Sequence record: OZ335961.1
Reading direction: 5' to 3' (one strand)
Length of the DNA stretch: 64,000 nt
DNA from: a phage
In this document: piece after piece, positions 13,960 to 24,021 of the stretch
How the letters are laid out: each line of letters begins with the position of its first letter
How positions within the stretch are numbered: the stretch's first letter is position 1
Notes under the pieces: model-generated
What the model was told of the DNA's origin: nothing
Database searches by the model: none
Seen by the model: the letters and a program-made list of their open reading frames with translations, nothing else
Position numbers and translations under genes: made by a program

Positions 13960-14640
13960 TTATTTTAATGTTACGAAAGAAGAATTGCGTGTTTCACGAA
14001 TTAAAACTGATCCGTCACGGTTAATGTAGTAAATTAAGCTAAATAAAGTTTGGTGTGCCGACGCGTGTTCAAAACTAGTTGGGTGAGATTTCCAATCCGG
14101 AGTTTCAGCAATCCATTGATAAATCCACCAAGGAACAGTACAGAATCCTGGATTTTTTCCAATCAGCTGAAGATTCGGGCTAAAGTTTTCCGGAAGAGTA
14201 AATACAGACGGCTTTTCAGATTCAATAATCTCAGCTACAGCCTGCTCAAATTTTTCTTCAACAAAAGGAGTATCTTCAATCAAAACATCGATATTTTCAG
14301 GAATTTTATCCGTTTCTACCACTTCAATTTTAATGTCAGATTTAACCGGAGAATCAATCAGAAGTGCTGCCTCTGGATTGACCTCTTCATCGTCATATTT
14401 TAATCCCTCTGCAGCATCAGCAGCATTAATTAAGTCTTTAATAGATAACCCATCAGTCTCTGGCATAGGTTCACTAGCGAGCTTCTGGAGGGCTTCTTCA
14501 ATATCAATAACGATATTATCAAAAGATTTATTCTTTTTGACCTTTATACCAAACTGTTCAGCATATTCAGCTAATTTAGCTTTAGCTTCTTTATTATCAT
14601 CAAGAGCCTTCAGCTCTGCAATATAATCTTTATCTATCAT
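13960..14640 (-). CDS. inh: Inh, inhibitor of prohead protease
   Basis: 226-aa acidic protein between hoc and uvsW as in T4. Confidence 0.8.
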   Translation of the reverse strand: MIDKDYIAELKALDDNKEAKAKLAEYAEQFGIKVKKNKSFDNIVIDIEEALQKLASEPMPETDGLSIKDLINAADAAEGLKYDDEEVNPEAALLIDSPVKSDIKIEVVETDKIPENIDVLIEDTPFVEEKFEQAVAEIIESEKPSVFTLPENFSPNLQLIGKNPGFCTVPWWIYQWIAETPDWKSHPTSFEHASAHQTLFSLIYYINRDGSVLIRETRNSSFVTLK

Positions 14641-14653
14641 AATATTTCCTCAG

Positions 14654-14661
14654 TATAAATA
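14654..14661 (+). promoter_or_regulatory. late promoter core TATAAATA (uvsW)
   Basis: Exact match about 30 nt upstream of ATG 14691. Confidence 0.6.
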
Positions 14662-14690
14662 TAGATATATTTATTACATGGTATTTAGAC

Positions 14691-16202
14691 ATGACTGACA
14701 TTAAAGTACATTTTTATGATTTTAGTCACGTGAGAATTGATTGTGAAGAAAGTACATTTCATGAACTCCGTGATTTCTTTAGCTTTGAAGCTGATGGGTA
14801 TCGTTTTAATCCGAAGTACAAATATGGCCACTGGGATGGACGAATCCGTCTTTTAGATTATAATCGCCTTCTTCCATTCGGCTTAGTCGGGCAAATTAAA
14901 AAGTTCTGCGATAACTTTGGTTATAAAGCCTGGATTGACCCACAAATTAACGAAAAAGAAGAATTATCAAGAAAAGATTTTGATGAATGGCTTTCTAAAT
15001 TAGAAATCTATTCAGGAAATAAAAGAATTGAACCGCACTGGTATCAAAAAGATGCAGTGTTCGAAGGATTAGTTAATCGTCGTAGAATTCTTAATCTTCC
15101 AACATCCGCAGGTAAATCTTTAATTCAAGCTTTGCTCGCTCGGTATTATTTGGAAAATTATGAAGGTAAAATTCTTATCATTGTTCCAACAACTGCTCTG
15201 ACAACTCAGATGGCTGATGACTTTGTTGACTATCGTTTATTCAGTCATACAATGATAAAGAAAATCGGTGGTGGAGCATCAAAAGATGATAAATATAAAA
15301 ATGATGCACCGGTAATTGTTGGTACATGGCAAACTGTAGTAAAACAACCGAAAGAGTGGTTCTCACAGTTTGGAATGATGATGAATGATGAATGCCATCT
15401 TGCTACTGGAAAAAGTATTTCATCTATCATATCAGGTTTAAATAACTGTATGTTTAAATTTGGTTTGTCTGGTTCATTACGTGATGGCAAAGCTAATATC
15501 ATGCAGTATGTTGGAATGTTTGGTGAAATATTTAAGCCGGTAACGACCTCTAAATTAATGGAAGATGGACAAGTAACTGAGCTAAAAATTAATAGTATTT
15601 TTCTTCGCTATCCCGATGAATTCACTACTAAATTAAAGGGAAAAACTTACCAAGAAGAAATAAAAATTATTACTGGACTCAGTAAAAGAAATAAATGGAT
15701 CGCTAAATTAGCTATTAAGCTTGCGCAAAAAGATGAAAACGCTTTTGTCATGTTTAAGCATGTATCACATGGTAAAGCTATTTTCGATTTAATTAAAAAT
15801 GAATACGATAAAGTTTATTACGTATCAGGAGAAGTTGACACCGAAACGCGCAATGTAATGAAAACCTTGGCTGAAAACGGTAAAGGAATAATTATAGTAG
15901 CTAGTTATGGTGTATTTTCTACTGGTATTTCAGTTAAAAATCTGCATCACGTTGTTTTAGCGCACGGCGTTAAATCTAAAATTATTGTATTACAAACAAT
16001 AGGCCGCGTATTACGTAAGCATGGTTCTAAAACAATCGCAACGGTCTGGGACCTCATAGATGATTGCGGTGTTAAGCCAAAATCTGCTAATACGAAAAAG
16101 AAATACGTTCATTTGAACTATCTTTTAAAACATGGCATTGATCGTATTCAGCGCTACGCAGATGAAAAATTTAATTACGTAATGAAAACAGTTAATTTAT
16201 AA
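14691..16202 (+). CDS. uvsW: UvsW SF2 DNA/RNA-DNA helicase
   Basis: 503-aa ORF with helicase motifs (PTSAGKS Walker A, DECH box in MMNDECHLATG); late promoter core upstream. Confidence 0.92.
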   Translation: MTDIKVHFYDFSHVRIDCEESTFHELRDFFSFEADGYRFNPKYKYGHWDGRIRLLDYNRLLPFGLVGQIKKFCDNFGYKAWIDPQINEKEELSRKDFDEWLSKLEIYSGNKRIEPHWYQKDAVFEGLVNRRRILNLPTSAGKSLIQALLARYYLENYEGKILIIVPTTALTTQMADDFVDYRLFSHTMIKKIGGGASKDDKYKNDAPVIVGTWQTVVKQPKEWFSQFGMMMNDECHLATGKSISSIISGLNNCMFKFGLSGSLRDGKANIMQYVGMFGEIFKPVTTSKLMEDGQVTELKINSIFLRYPDEFTTKLKGKTYQEEIKIITGLSKRNKWIAKLAIKLAQKDENAFVMFKHVSHGKAIFDLIKNEYDKVYYVSGEVDTETRNVMKTLAENGKGIIIVASYGVFSTGISVKNLHHVVLAHGVKSKIIVLQTIGRVLRKHGSKTIATVWDLIDDCGVKPKSANTKKKYVHLNYLLKHGIDRIQRYADEKFNYVMKTVNL

Positions 16203-16217
16203 GGGCTTCGGCCCTTT
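16203..16217 (+). terminator. hairpin after uvsW
   Basis: GGGC-TTCG-GCCC hairpin followed by TTTGG. Confidence 0.45.
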
Positions 16218-16227
16218 GGAGAAAAAG

Positions 16228-16461
16228 ATGTTACTAGAATTTAAACAATTTCTTTATGAAGCTTCTATTGATGAATTTATGGGTAAAATTGCATCATGCC
16301 AAACATTAGAAGGTCTAGAAGAACTTGAAGCTTATTACAAGAAAAGAGTTAAAGAAACTGAATTAAAAGATACTGATGACATCTCAGTCAGAGATGCTTT
16401 GGCAGGAAAAAGAGCTGAATTAGAAGATTCAGACGATGATGAAGTAGAAGAAAGCTTTTAA
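16228..16461 (+). CDS. uvsW.1: UvsW.1 small acidic protein
   Basis: Track ORF opens at TTG 16216; first ATG 16228 follows GGAGAAAAAG RBS. Confidence 0.7.
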   Translation: MLLEFKQFLYEASIDEFMGKIASCQTLEGLEELEAYYKKRVKETELKDTDDISVRDALAGKRAELEDSDDDEVEESF

Positions 16462-16516
16462 ATTAAAAAAGGCCCAACCAAAAAGGAAGGGCCAAAACTA
16501 TAGACTAAAGGTCACA

Positions 16517-16684
16517 CTATAGCAAAAGTTGTGTTTCATTTAATTGTTCTTCCGAACTTTCTGAAACTGGTAGTTCTTTGATGTAATTATAGCAAGGCCC
16601 AGGATGTACAGGACCTTTGTCTGTTTCAACAACCAATGCAGAATCGATTGGAGTTTTACAGACAACACAAATCTTATCTGACAT
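16517..16684 (-). CDS. small Cys-containing protein (positional equivalent of T4 uvsY.-2)
   Basis: 55-codon ORF found by manual translation (MSDKICVVCKTPIDS...PGPC...); below the 60-aa cut-off of the ORF track. Confidence 0.45.
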   Translation of the reverse strand: MSDKICVVCKTPIDSALVVETDKGPVHPGPCYNYIKELPVSESSEEQLNETQLLL

Positions 16685-16712
16685 GATTGTCTCCTCTAAA
16701 TTATATATCTAT

Positions 16713-16937
16713 TTATATAACTCTCATATGCATATCAATGCCCATATCTTTAGAATAAAAATATTCATCAAGATATCCGGCAAATTTTCCTTTAACATAA
16801 AGTACATCTTCACCACATGGGTGGTCGGCCAGGATACGAATATCCTGACGCTTGAGATTATACTTTTTCATTAAGAATTGAATTTCCGTTTCGAATTCTT
16901 CTTCATAATTAAAAGCATCATCAATGCTATATTTCAT
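16713..16937 (-). CDS. hypothetical protein (positional equivalent of T4 uvsY.-1)
   Basis: 74-aa ORF, ATG confirmed, stop abuts uvsY. Confidence 0.6.
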   Translation of the reverse strand: MKYSIDDAFNYEEEFETEIQFLMKKYNLKRQDIRILADHPCGEDVLYVKGKFAGYLDEYFYSKDMGIDMHMRVI

Positions 16938-17350
16938 TATTTTCCAGCCTCAAATGCTCGCATGTCTTGAATATGCTTAATAGCAAATCCGCGTGATTTA
17001 ATAGCATCAAGAGCTCCGCTACAGAAATCCAATAAAATTCCCCAATACTGTAATGAAGTATCAACTTTTAAAACATCCTTATCAGCTGATAGAACTGTCT
17101 TCATTTCTGATTTCTCATAACGGTCCATACTAAATTCATCACCATCTCCTCGTCCCGAGTAGTAGTCTAATTTAGCTTTAAGAGCAACTTTTTTCTGTGC
17201 TTCAATTCTAAGCATTTCCTTTTTAATACTTGAATGCTTATTGAGCCATTTACTATATAACATCACATTATTAGCTGCTTCATACTGTAATTTAGTCGAA
17301 TCTATAAACACATCTTTCTTCAATTCTTCTTGAAGATCTTCTAATTTCAT
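16937..17350 (-). CDS. uvsY: UvsY recombination mediator
   Basis: 137-aa ORF; T4 length and neighbourhood. Confidence 0.9.
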   Translation of the reverse strand: MKLEDLQEELKKDVFIDSTKLQYEAANNVMLYSKWLNKHSSIKKEMLRIEAQKKVALKAKLDYYSGRGDGDEFSMDRYEKSEMKTVLSADKDVLKVDTSLQYWGILLDFCSGALDAIKSRGFAIKHIQDMRAFEAGK

Positions 17351-17416
17351 ATTGTTCTCTATTCAATTGTTATTGGATGGACTTAGATTCATTATACCAC
17401 GTTTATACGTGAAGCA

Positions 17417-17815
17417 TTATACTCTGTTACTGGAAGCCAGTTGCAGTTTTATCTGCTCAATATCATCAGGGTTATCGATGACTGAAAAGCGTATTTCTAC
17501 TATCAGAGTATAATCATCATAAACTGGTATTACATTAACTGCTAATTTATCAATACGCGGCTCGTAGTTTCTTACTGCGCTTTCAATGTTACGCTCAACA
17601 GTATCAGCAGTAAGAGGAGTCATATTCTCAAAAAGCTGATCAGATAAATCGCATCCAAATTCTGGGTCAAATGGCCTTGACCCTTTCCTAGTTGTAATAA
17701 TTCCTAAAAGGCTATTTTTAATTGACCTTAATCCAAGGGATCTAGAAACATCTTTATCCCAATCCATTTTCATTTCTGGGTCAATGTCAGAATAAAGCTT
17801 ATTAATATTTGCCAT
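17417..17815 (-). CDS. 25: baseplate wedge / sheath initiator protein
   Basis: 132-aa ORF adjacent to gene 26; T4 length. Confidence 0.9.
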   Translation of the reverse strand: MANINKLYSDIDPEMKMDWDKDVSRSLGLRSIKNSLLGIITTRKGSRPFDPEFGCDLSDQLFENMTPLTADTVERNIESAVRNYEPRIDKLAVNVIPVYDDYTLIVEIRFSVIDNPDDIEQIKLQLASSNRV

Positions 17816-18441
17816 TACAATAGCTCAAAGAATTCTTTGAGTCCTCTTATTACATGAGCGTGAGTTTTTCCACACTCTGGACACTTAATTGGAACAGCCA
17901 AATAAACAGTAGGCTTTAAAAGCATATCTTTTATAGCTACAATATCTGACTCTGTGATGATAGAATATAAATCTTCCAACTCTTTTTCATTCAAGTCTTC
18001 AATTGGAATGCTTTCACCGTTAGCATGAATTGTTTCTATACATGATACTATCATGTGGGCTATATTTTTATCATCAAAAATTTTAGGGTAATGGAACTTA
18101 ATTTTAATGTCACCCAGTGTATACCAGAGGTCTTCTGGTGCATCTATTTGCGTATGTAATAGATTTATATGGGTTGGTATTTCAGTTCCACAGGTGCACT
18201 TCCAGGAGTTTTCGTGATTAACTTCTCCAAGAGAATGCGCCCATAAATGAATCAACAATAGTTCTGATTCTTGGCGGTTTAAATCTTTTGCATTTGTACA
18301 GTCTTTAATTAGCTTTTTAACGATCTCTTCTACTGAACCGTTCTTTTTAGCAGTAATAAGTTCTAGATATTCTTTAAGAGTAAATGCGCGACAGTTGATT
18401 ATTTTAGAACCAACTCTCACATCAAATTTGTATTCATACAT
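17815..18441 (-). CDS. 26: baseplate hub subunit
   Basis: 208-aa ORF; AAGGAG RBS and TATAAATA on minus strand upstream. Confidence 0.88.
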   Translation of the reverse strand: MYEYKFDVRVGSKIINCRAFTLKEYLELITAKKNGSVEEIVKKLIKDCTNAKDLNRQESELLLIHLWAHSLGEVNHENSWKCTCGTEIPTHINLLHTQIDAPEDLWYTLGDIKIKFHYPKIFDDKNIAHMIVSCIETIHANGESIPIEDLNEKELEDLYSIITESDIVAIKDMLLKPTVYLAVPIKCPECGKTHAHVIRGLKEFFELL

Positions 18442-18466
18442 ATTTAGCTCCTTTATTTATCATATT

Positions 18467-18474
18467 TATAAATA
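18467..18474. promoter_or_regulatory. bidirectional late promoter core in the 26/51 intergenic region
   Basis: ATTTATAAAT palindrome gives TATAAATA on both strands, flanked by AAGGAG RBS for gene 26 (minus) and gene 51 (plus). Confidence 0.6.
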
Positions 18475-18491
18475 GAATAAAAGGAGCATCT

Positions 18492-19496
18492 ATGGCAAAC
18501 ATTATTCGTTGTAAATTACCAGATGGTGTTCATCGTTTTAAACCATTTACGGTAGAAGATTATCGAGATTTTTTGTTAGTTCGAAACGATATAGAACATC
18601 GGTCACCACAAGAACAAAAAGAAATAATTGCTGATTTAATTGCCGATTATTTTGGAGACTATCCGAAGACTTGGCAACCATTTATATTTTTGCAGGTATT
18701 TGTAGGGTTATTTATCATATTTATAAATAGAATAAAAGGAGCATCTATGGCAAACATTATTCGTTGTAAATTACCAGATGGTGTTCATCGTTTTAAACCA
18801 TTTACGGTAGAAGATTATCGAGATTTTTTGTTAGTTCGAAACGATATAGAACATCGGTCACCACAAGAACAAAAAGAAATAATTGCTGATTTAATTGCCG
18901 ATTATTTTGGAGACTATCCGAAGACTTGGCAACCATTTATATTTTTGCAGGTATTTGTAGGGTCAATAGGTAAAACTAAAGTACCGGTCACATTTGTATG
19001 TCCAAAATGTAAAAAAGAAAAGACAGTTCCATTTGAAATATATCAAAAAGAATTAAAGGAACCTGTTTTTGATGTAGCTAATGTTAAAATTAAATTAAAG
19101 TTTCCTTCTGAGTTTTATGAAAATAAAGCAAAGATGATTACTGAAAATATTCATTCTGTTCAAGTAGATGAAACATGGTATGATTGGAAGGAAATTAGCG
19201 AATCAAGTCAAATAGAACTTGTTGATGCAATCGAGATAGAAACATTAGAAAAAATTCTCGATGCAATGAATCCTATTAATTTAACATTGCATATGTCATG
19301 TTGTAATAAGTATGTAAAAAAATACACTGATATAGTAGATGTGTTTAAGCTATTAGTTAACCCAGATGAAATATTTACTTTTTATCAAATTAATCACACA
19401 CTCGTAAAAAGTAATTATAGCTTAAATTCAATAATGAAAATGATTCCTGCTGAGCGCGGATTCGTATTAAAACTGATTGAGAAGGATAAACAATAA
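18492..19496 (+). CDS. 51: baseplate hub assembly catalyst gp51 carrying an 85-codon in-frame N-terminal tandem duplication (alternative start 18747 gives the normal 249 aa)
   Basis: 334-aa ORF in which residues 1-72 ([12 protein letters not shown]...FLQVFVG) recur at 86-157; second ATG at 18747 has its own TATAAATA and AAGGAG. Confidence 0.85.
   Translation: MANIIRCKLPDGVHRFKPFTVEDYRDFLLVRNDIEHRSPQEQKEIIADLIADYFGDYPKTWQPFIFLQVFVGLFIIFINRIKGASMANIIRCKLPDGVHRFKPFTVEDYRDFLLVRNDIEHRSPQEQKEIIADLIADYFGDYPKTWQPFIFLQVFVGSIGKTKVPVTFVCPKCKKEKTVPFEIYQKELKEPVFDVANVKIKLKFPSEFYENKAKMITENIHSVQVDETWYDWKEISESSQIELVDAIEIETLEKILDAMNPINLTLHMSCCNKYVKKYTDIVDVFKLLVNPDEIFTFYQINHTLVKSNYSLNSIMKMIPAERGFVLKLIEKDKQ
18722..18729 (+). 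promoter_or_regulatory. duplicated late promoter core inside the gene 51 duplication
   Basis: Second copy of TATAAATA with AAGGAG and ATG 18747. Confidence 0.55.
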
Positions 19497-20671
19497 TGAG
19501 TATGTTGCAACGCCCAGGATATCCAAATCTCAGCGTTAAATTATTTGATAGCTACGACGCTTGGAGTAATAATAGATTTGTTGAATTAGCTGCTACTATT
19601 ACCACATTAACTATGCGGGATTCTCTTTATGGCCGAAATGAAGGAATGCTGCAGTTTTATGATTCTAAAAATATCCATACAAAAATGGATGGAAATGAAA
19701 TAATTCAGATTTCTGTAGCTAATGCAAACGATATTAATAATGTTAAAACAAGAATTTATGGATGTAAGCATTTTTCAGTGTCAGTAGATTCAAAGGGTGA
19801 TAACATCATTGCTATTGAATTGGGAACTATTCATTCTATAGAAAATCTTAAATTTGGCAGACCGTTTTTCCCTGATGCAGGTGAATCTATAAAAGAAATG
19901 CTTGGCGTCATTTATCAGGATCGCACGTTATTAACTCCAGCAATAAATGCTATAAATGCTTATGTTCCTGATATTCCCTGGACTAGCACATTTGAAAACT
20001 ATTTGTCGTATGTCAGAGAAGTTGCTCTAGCTGTAGGAAGTGACAAATTTGTATTTGTATGGCAAGACATCATGGGAGTTAACATGATGGACTATGATAT
20101 GATGATAAATCAAGAACCGTATCCAATGATTGTCGGTGAGCCATCTTTAATAGGTCAATTCATCCAAGAATTAAAATATCCATTAGCATATGATTTCGTT
20201 TGGTTGACTAAATCGAATCCTCACAAACGTGACCCAATGAAAAACGCTACTATCTATGCTCATTCATTTTTAGATTCTTCATTGCCAATGATTACTACAG
20301 GAAAGGGCGAAAACTCTATTGTAGTGTCAAGGTCAGGTGCTTATTCTGAAATGACTTATAGGAATGGATATGAAGAAGCTATTCGTCTTCAAACTATGGC
20401 ACAATACGATGGTTATGCTAAATGTTCTACTGTCGGTAATTTTAACTTGACTCCTGGCGTTAAAATTATTTTTAATGATAGTAAAAACCAATTTAAAACA
20501 GAATTTTACGTTGATGAAGTTATCCACGAATTATCCAATAATAATTCAGTAACTCATCTATATATGTTCACTAATGCAACGAAACTGGAAACAATAGACC
20601 CAGTTAAGGTTAAAAATGAATTTAAATCTGATACTACCACTGAAGAAAGTAGTTCTTCCAATAAGCAATAA
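19496..20671 (+). CDS. 27: baseplate hub subunit
   Basis: 391-aa ORF, ATG 19496 overlapping gene 51 stop. Confidence 0.92.
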   Translation: MSMLQRPGYPNLSVKLFDSYDAWSNNRFVELAATITTLTMRDSLYGRNEGMLQFYDSKNIHTKMDGNEIIQISVANANDINNVKTRIYGCKHFSVSVDSKGDNIIAIELGTIHSIENLKFGRPFFPDAGESIKEMLGVIYQDRTLLTPAINAINAYVPDIPWTSTFENYLSYVREVALAVGSDKFVFVWQDIMGVNMMDYDMMINQEPYPMIVGEPSLIGQFIQELKYPLAYDFVWLTKSNPHKRDPMKNATIYAHSFLDSSLPMITTGKGENSIVVSRSGAYSEMTYRNGYEEAIRLQTMAQYDGYAKCSTVGNFNLTPGVKIIFNDSKNQFKTEFYVDEVIHELSNNNSVTHLYMFTNATKLETIDPVKVKNEFKSDTTTEESSSSNKQ

Positions 20672-21149
20672 AGAAGTTTCTATTCCTAAAATGGGTCTTA
20701 AACACTATAACATTTTAAAAGATGTTAAAGGTCCTGATGAAAATTTAAAACTTCTTATTGATTCTATTTGTCCAAATTTATCACCAGCAGAAGTTGATTT
20801 CGTTTCCATTCATTTATTGGAATTTAATGGAAAGATTAAATCTCGCAAAGAAATAGATGGTTATACTTATGACATTAATGATGTTTATGTATGCCAAAGA
20901 TTAGAATTTCAATACCAAGGAAATACATTTTATTTTAGACCTCCTGGAAAATTTGAACAATTTTTAACGGTGAGCGATATGTTATCCAAATGCTTGCTTA
21001 AGGTCAATGATGAAGTTAAAGAAATTAATTTTCTTGAGATGCCAGCATTCGTTTTAAAATGGGCAAATGATATTTTTACAACTTTAGCAATTCCTGGCCC
21101 TAATGGTCCAATAACCGGAATTGGCAATATTATTGGATTATTTGAATGA
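20616..21149 (+). CDS. 28: baseplate hub distal subunit
   Basis: 177-aa ORF, start overlaps 3' end of gene 27 in another frame. Confidence 0.85.
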   Translation: MNLNLILPLKKVVLPISNKEVSIPKMGLKHYNILKDVKGPDENLKLLIDSICPNLSPAEVDFVSIHLLEFNGKIKSRKEIDGYTYDINDVYVCQRLEFQYQGNTFYFRPPGKFEQFLTVSDMLSKCLLKVNDEVKEINFLEMPAFVLKWANDIFTTLAIPGPNGPITGIGNIIGLFE

Positions 21150-22918
21150 AAAAGCCACAAGAAATGCAAACGATGCGTAGAAAAGTTATTTCAGATAATA
21201 AACCAACACAGGAAGCGGCTAAATCCGCTTCCAACACTTTATCTGGACTTAACGATATATCTACGAAATTGGATGATGCTCAAGCTGCTTCTGAATTAAT
21301 TGCTCAAACTGTCGAAGAAAAATCGAATGAAATAATTGGAGCAATTGACAACGTAGAAAACGCAGTGAGTGATACTACTGCTGGTTCTGAGTTAATTGCT
21401 GAAACTGTTGAAATTGGCAACAATATTAATAAAGAAATCGGTGAATCACTCGGGAGCAAATTAGATAAATTAACAAGTTTACTAGAGCAAAAAATTCAGA
21501 CAGCCGGAATTCAACAAACAGGAACTAGTTTAGCCACAGTTGAAAGCGCTATTCCTGTTAAAGTTGTTGAGGATGATACAGCTGAATCTGTAGGTCCTTT
21601 ATTACCGGCTCCTGAAGCAGTTAATAATGATCCTGATGCTGATTTTTTCCCTACCCCTCAGCCAGTTGAACCTAAACAAGAATCGCCAGAAGAAAAACAG
21701 AAAAAAGACGCATTTAACTTAAAATTATCTCAAGCTTTAGATAAATTAACAAAGACTGTTGATTTCGGATTTAAGAAATCTATTTCAATTACTGATAAAA
21801 TATCAAGCATGCTATTTAAGTATACCGTCAGTGCTGCTATTGAAGCTGCTAAAATGACTGCAATGATATTGGCTGTTGTTGTTGGAATAGACCTGTTGAT
21901 GGTTCACTTTAAATATTGGTCAGATAAATTTTCGCAGGCTTGGGATTTGTTTAGTACAGACTTTACTAAATTCTCTAGCGAAACCGGAACATGGGGTCCT
22001 TTATTGCAGAGCATCTTTAGTTCTATTGATGAAATTAAAAAATTCTGGGAAGAGGGAGATTGGGGCGGTTTGACGGTAGCTATTGTAGAAGGGCTTGGAA
22101 AGGTTCTTTATAATTTAGGAGAACTTATTCAGCTTGGAATGGCTAAATTATCTGCGGCAATTCTTCGAGTTATTCCTGGTATGAAAGATACTGCTGATGA
22201 AGTAGAAGGAAGAGCACTAGAAAATTTCCAAAATTCTACTGGAGCATCTCTCAATAAAGAAGACCAGGAAAAAGTTGCAAATTATCAAGATAAACGAATG
22301 AACGGAGACCTCGGTCCGATAGCAGAAGGACTAGACAAAATTGCGAACTGGAAAACTCGTGCATCTAACTGGATTCGTGGCGTTGATAATAAAGAAGCAC
22401 TAACTACCGACGAAGAACGTGCAGCAGAAGAAGAAAAATTAAAGCAACTTTCACCCGAAGAAAGAAAAAATGCTTTAATGAAGGCTAATGAAGCGCGTGC
22501 CGCGATGATTCGCTTTGAAAAATATGCTGATTCAGCTGATATGAGTAAAGACTCAACAGTTAAATCAGTTGAAGCTGCCTATGAAGACCTTAAAAAACGG
22601 ATGGATGACCCGGATTTAAATAATTCACCGGCAGTTAAAAAAGAACTTGCTGCTAGATTTTCTAAAATTGATGCTACTTATCAAGAGCTCAAGAAAAATC
22701 AGCCTAACGCCAAGCCTGAAACTTCTGCTAAATCACCAGAAGCAAAACAAGTCCAGGTTATTGAAAAGAACAAAGCACAGCAAGCTCCTGTTCAACAAGC
22801 ATCTCCTTCGATCAATAATACTAATAATGTTATTAAGAAAAATACTGTCGTTCATAATATGACACCTGTTACGAGTACAACTGCTCCCGGTGTATTTGAT
22901 GCGACAGGAGTTAATTAA
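21146..22918 (+). CDS. 29: tail length determinant / baseplate hub protein
   Basis: 590-aa ORF, ATGA overlap with gene 28. Confidence 0.9.
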   Translation: MKKPQEMQTMRRKVISDNKPTQEAAKSASNTLSGLNDISTKLDDAQAASELIAQTVEEKSNEIIGAIDNVENAVSDTTAGSELIAETVEIGNNINKEIGESLGSKLDKLTSLLEQKIQTAGIQQTGTSLATVESAIPVKVVEDDTAESVGPLLPAPEAVNNDPDADFFPTPQPVEPKQESPEEKQKKDAFNLKLSQALDKLTKTVDFGFKKSISITDKISSMLFKYTVSAAIEAAKMTAMILAVVVGIDLLMVHFKYWSDKFSQAWDLFSTDFTKFSSETGTWGPLLQSIFSSIDEIKKFWEEGDWGGLTVAIVEGLGKVLYNLGELIQLGMAKLSAAILRVIPGMKDTADEVEGRALENFQNSTGASLNKEDQEKVANYQDKRMNGDLGPIAEGLDKIANWKTRASNWIRGVDNKEALTTDEERAAEEEKLKQLSPEERKNALMKANEARAAMIRFEKYADSADMSKDSTVKSVEAAYEDLKKRMDDPDLNNSPAVKKELAARFSKIDATYQELKKNQPNAKPETSAKSPEAKQVQVIEKNKAQQAPVQQASPSINNTNNVIKKNTVVHNMTPVTSTTAPGVFDATGVN

Positions 22919-22926
22919 GGAATAAT

Positions 22927-24021
22927 ATGGCAATTGTTAAAGAAATAACTGCTGATTTAATTAAAAAGTCCGGTGAGAAAATTTCAGCCGGACAGAGTAC
23001 TAAATCAGAAGTAGGAACTAAAACATATACTGCCCAGTTTCCAACTGGGCGTGCTAGTGGTAATGACACTACAGGGGACTTCCAGGTAACAGATCTATAT
23101 AAGAATGGATTATTATTTACTGCATACAATATGTCATCTAGGGATTCTGGAAGTCTTAGATCGATGAGATCTAACTACTCTTCTTCATCTTCGAGTATTT
23201 TAAGTACAGCTAGAAACACTATCAGTAATACAGTATCAAAACTATCAAATGGATTAATATCAAATAACAATTCAGGAACAATAAGTAAATCACCTGTTGC
23301 AAATATTCTTTTACCAAGATCTAAATCCGATGTTGATACATCATCACATAGATTTAATGATGTTCAAGAAAGTCTTATCAGCAGAGGCGGAGGTACTGCT
23401 ACTGGTGTGCTAAGTAATATTGCTTCAACTGCAGTATTTGGGGCACTGGAAAGTATAACACAGGGTATAATGGCTGATAATAATGAACAGATTTATACTA
23501 CAGCCAGAAGTATGTATGGTGGTGCTGAGAATAGAACTAAAGTGTTTACATGGGATTTAACTCCACGTTCAACAGAAGATTTAATGGCTATTATCAATAT
23601 CTATCAATATTTTAACTATTTTTCTTATGGTGAAACGGGCAAATCTCAATATGCTGCTGAAATAAAGGGGTATTTAGATGATTGGTATCGTTCTACGTTA
23701 ATTGAACCTTTATCTCCGGAAGACGCAGCTAAAAATAAAACACTATTTGAGAAAATGACATCGAGTTTAACTAACGTTCTAGTAGTTTCAAACCCGACAA
23801 TTTGGATGGTGAAAAACTTTGGTGCAACATCTAAGTTTGATGGAAAAACGGAAATATTTGGCCCATGCCAAATACAGAGCATCAGATTCGATAAAACGCC
23901 TAATGGTAACTTTAACGGATTATCTATTGCTCCAAACCTCCCTAGTACATTTACTCTTGAGATTACCATGAGAGAAATTATCACGTTAAACCGTGCTTCT
24001 TTATATGCGGGGACTTTTTAA
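22927..24021 (+). CDS. 48: baseplate tail-tube junction protein
   Basis: 364-aa ORF; T4 length and order. Confidence 0.9.
   Translation: MAIVKEITADLIKKSGEKISAGQSTKSEVGTKTYTAQFPTGRASGNDTTGDFQVTDLYKNGLLFTAYNMSSRDSGSLRSMRSNYSSSSSSILSTARNTISNTVSKLSNGLISNNNSGTISKSPVANILLPRSKSDVDTSSHRFNDVQESLISRGGGTATGVLSNIASTAVFGALESITQGIMADNNEQIYTTARSMYGGAENRTKVFTWDLTPRSTEDLMAIINIYQYFNYFSYGETGKSQYAAEIKGYLDDWYRSTLIEPLSPEDAAKNKTLFEKMTSSLTNVLVVSNPTIWMVKNFGATSKFDGKTEIFGPCQIQSIRFDKTPNGNFNGLSIAPNLPSTFTLEITMREIITLNRASLYAGTF

Larger units (their letters stand above)
18453..18962 (+). repeat. perfect direct tandem duplication, 2 x 255 bp (18453-18707 and 18708-18962)
   Basis: Both copies read identically base for base in the displayed sequence; period equals the offset between the two [12 protein letters not shown] occurrences. 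Confidence 0.9.

Noticed and set aside
18453-18962. Repeat array that might have been a CRISPR-like or satellite repeat
   Set aside because: Only two copies, 255 bp each, fully coding and promoter sequence with no spacers; it is a tandem segmental duplication.
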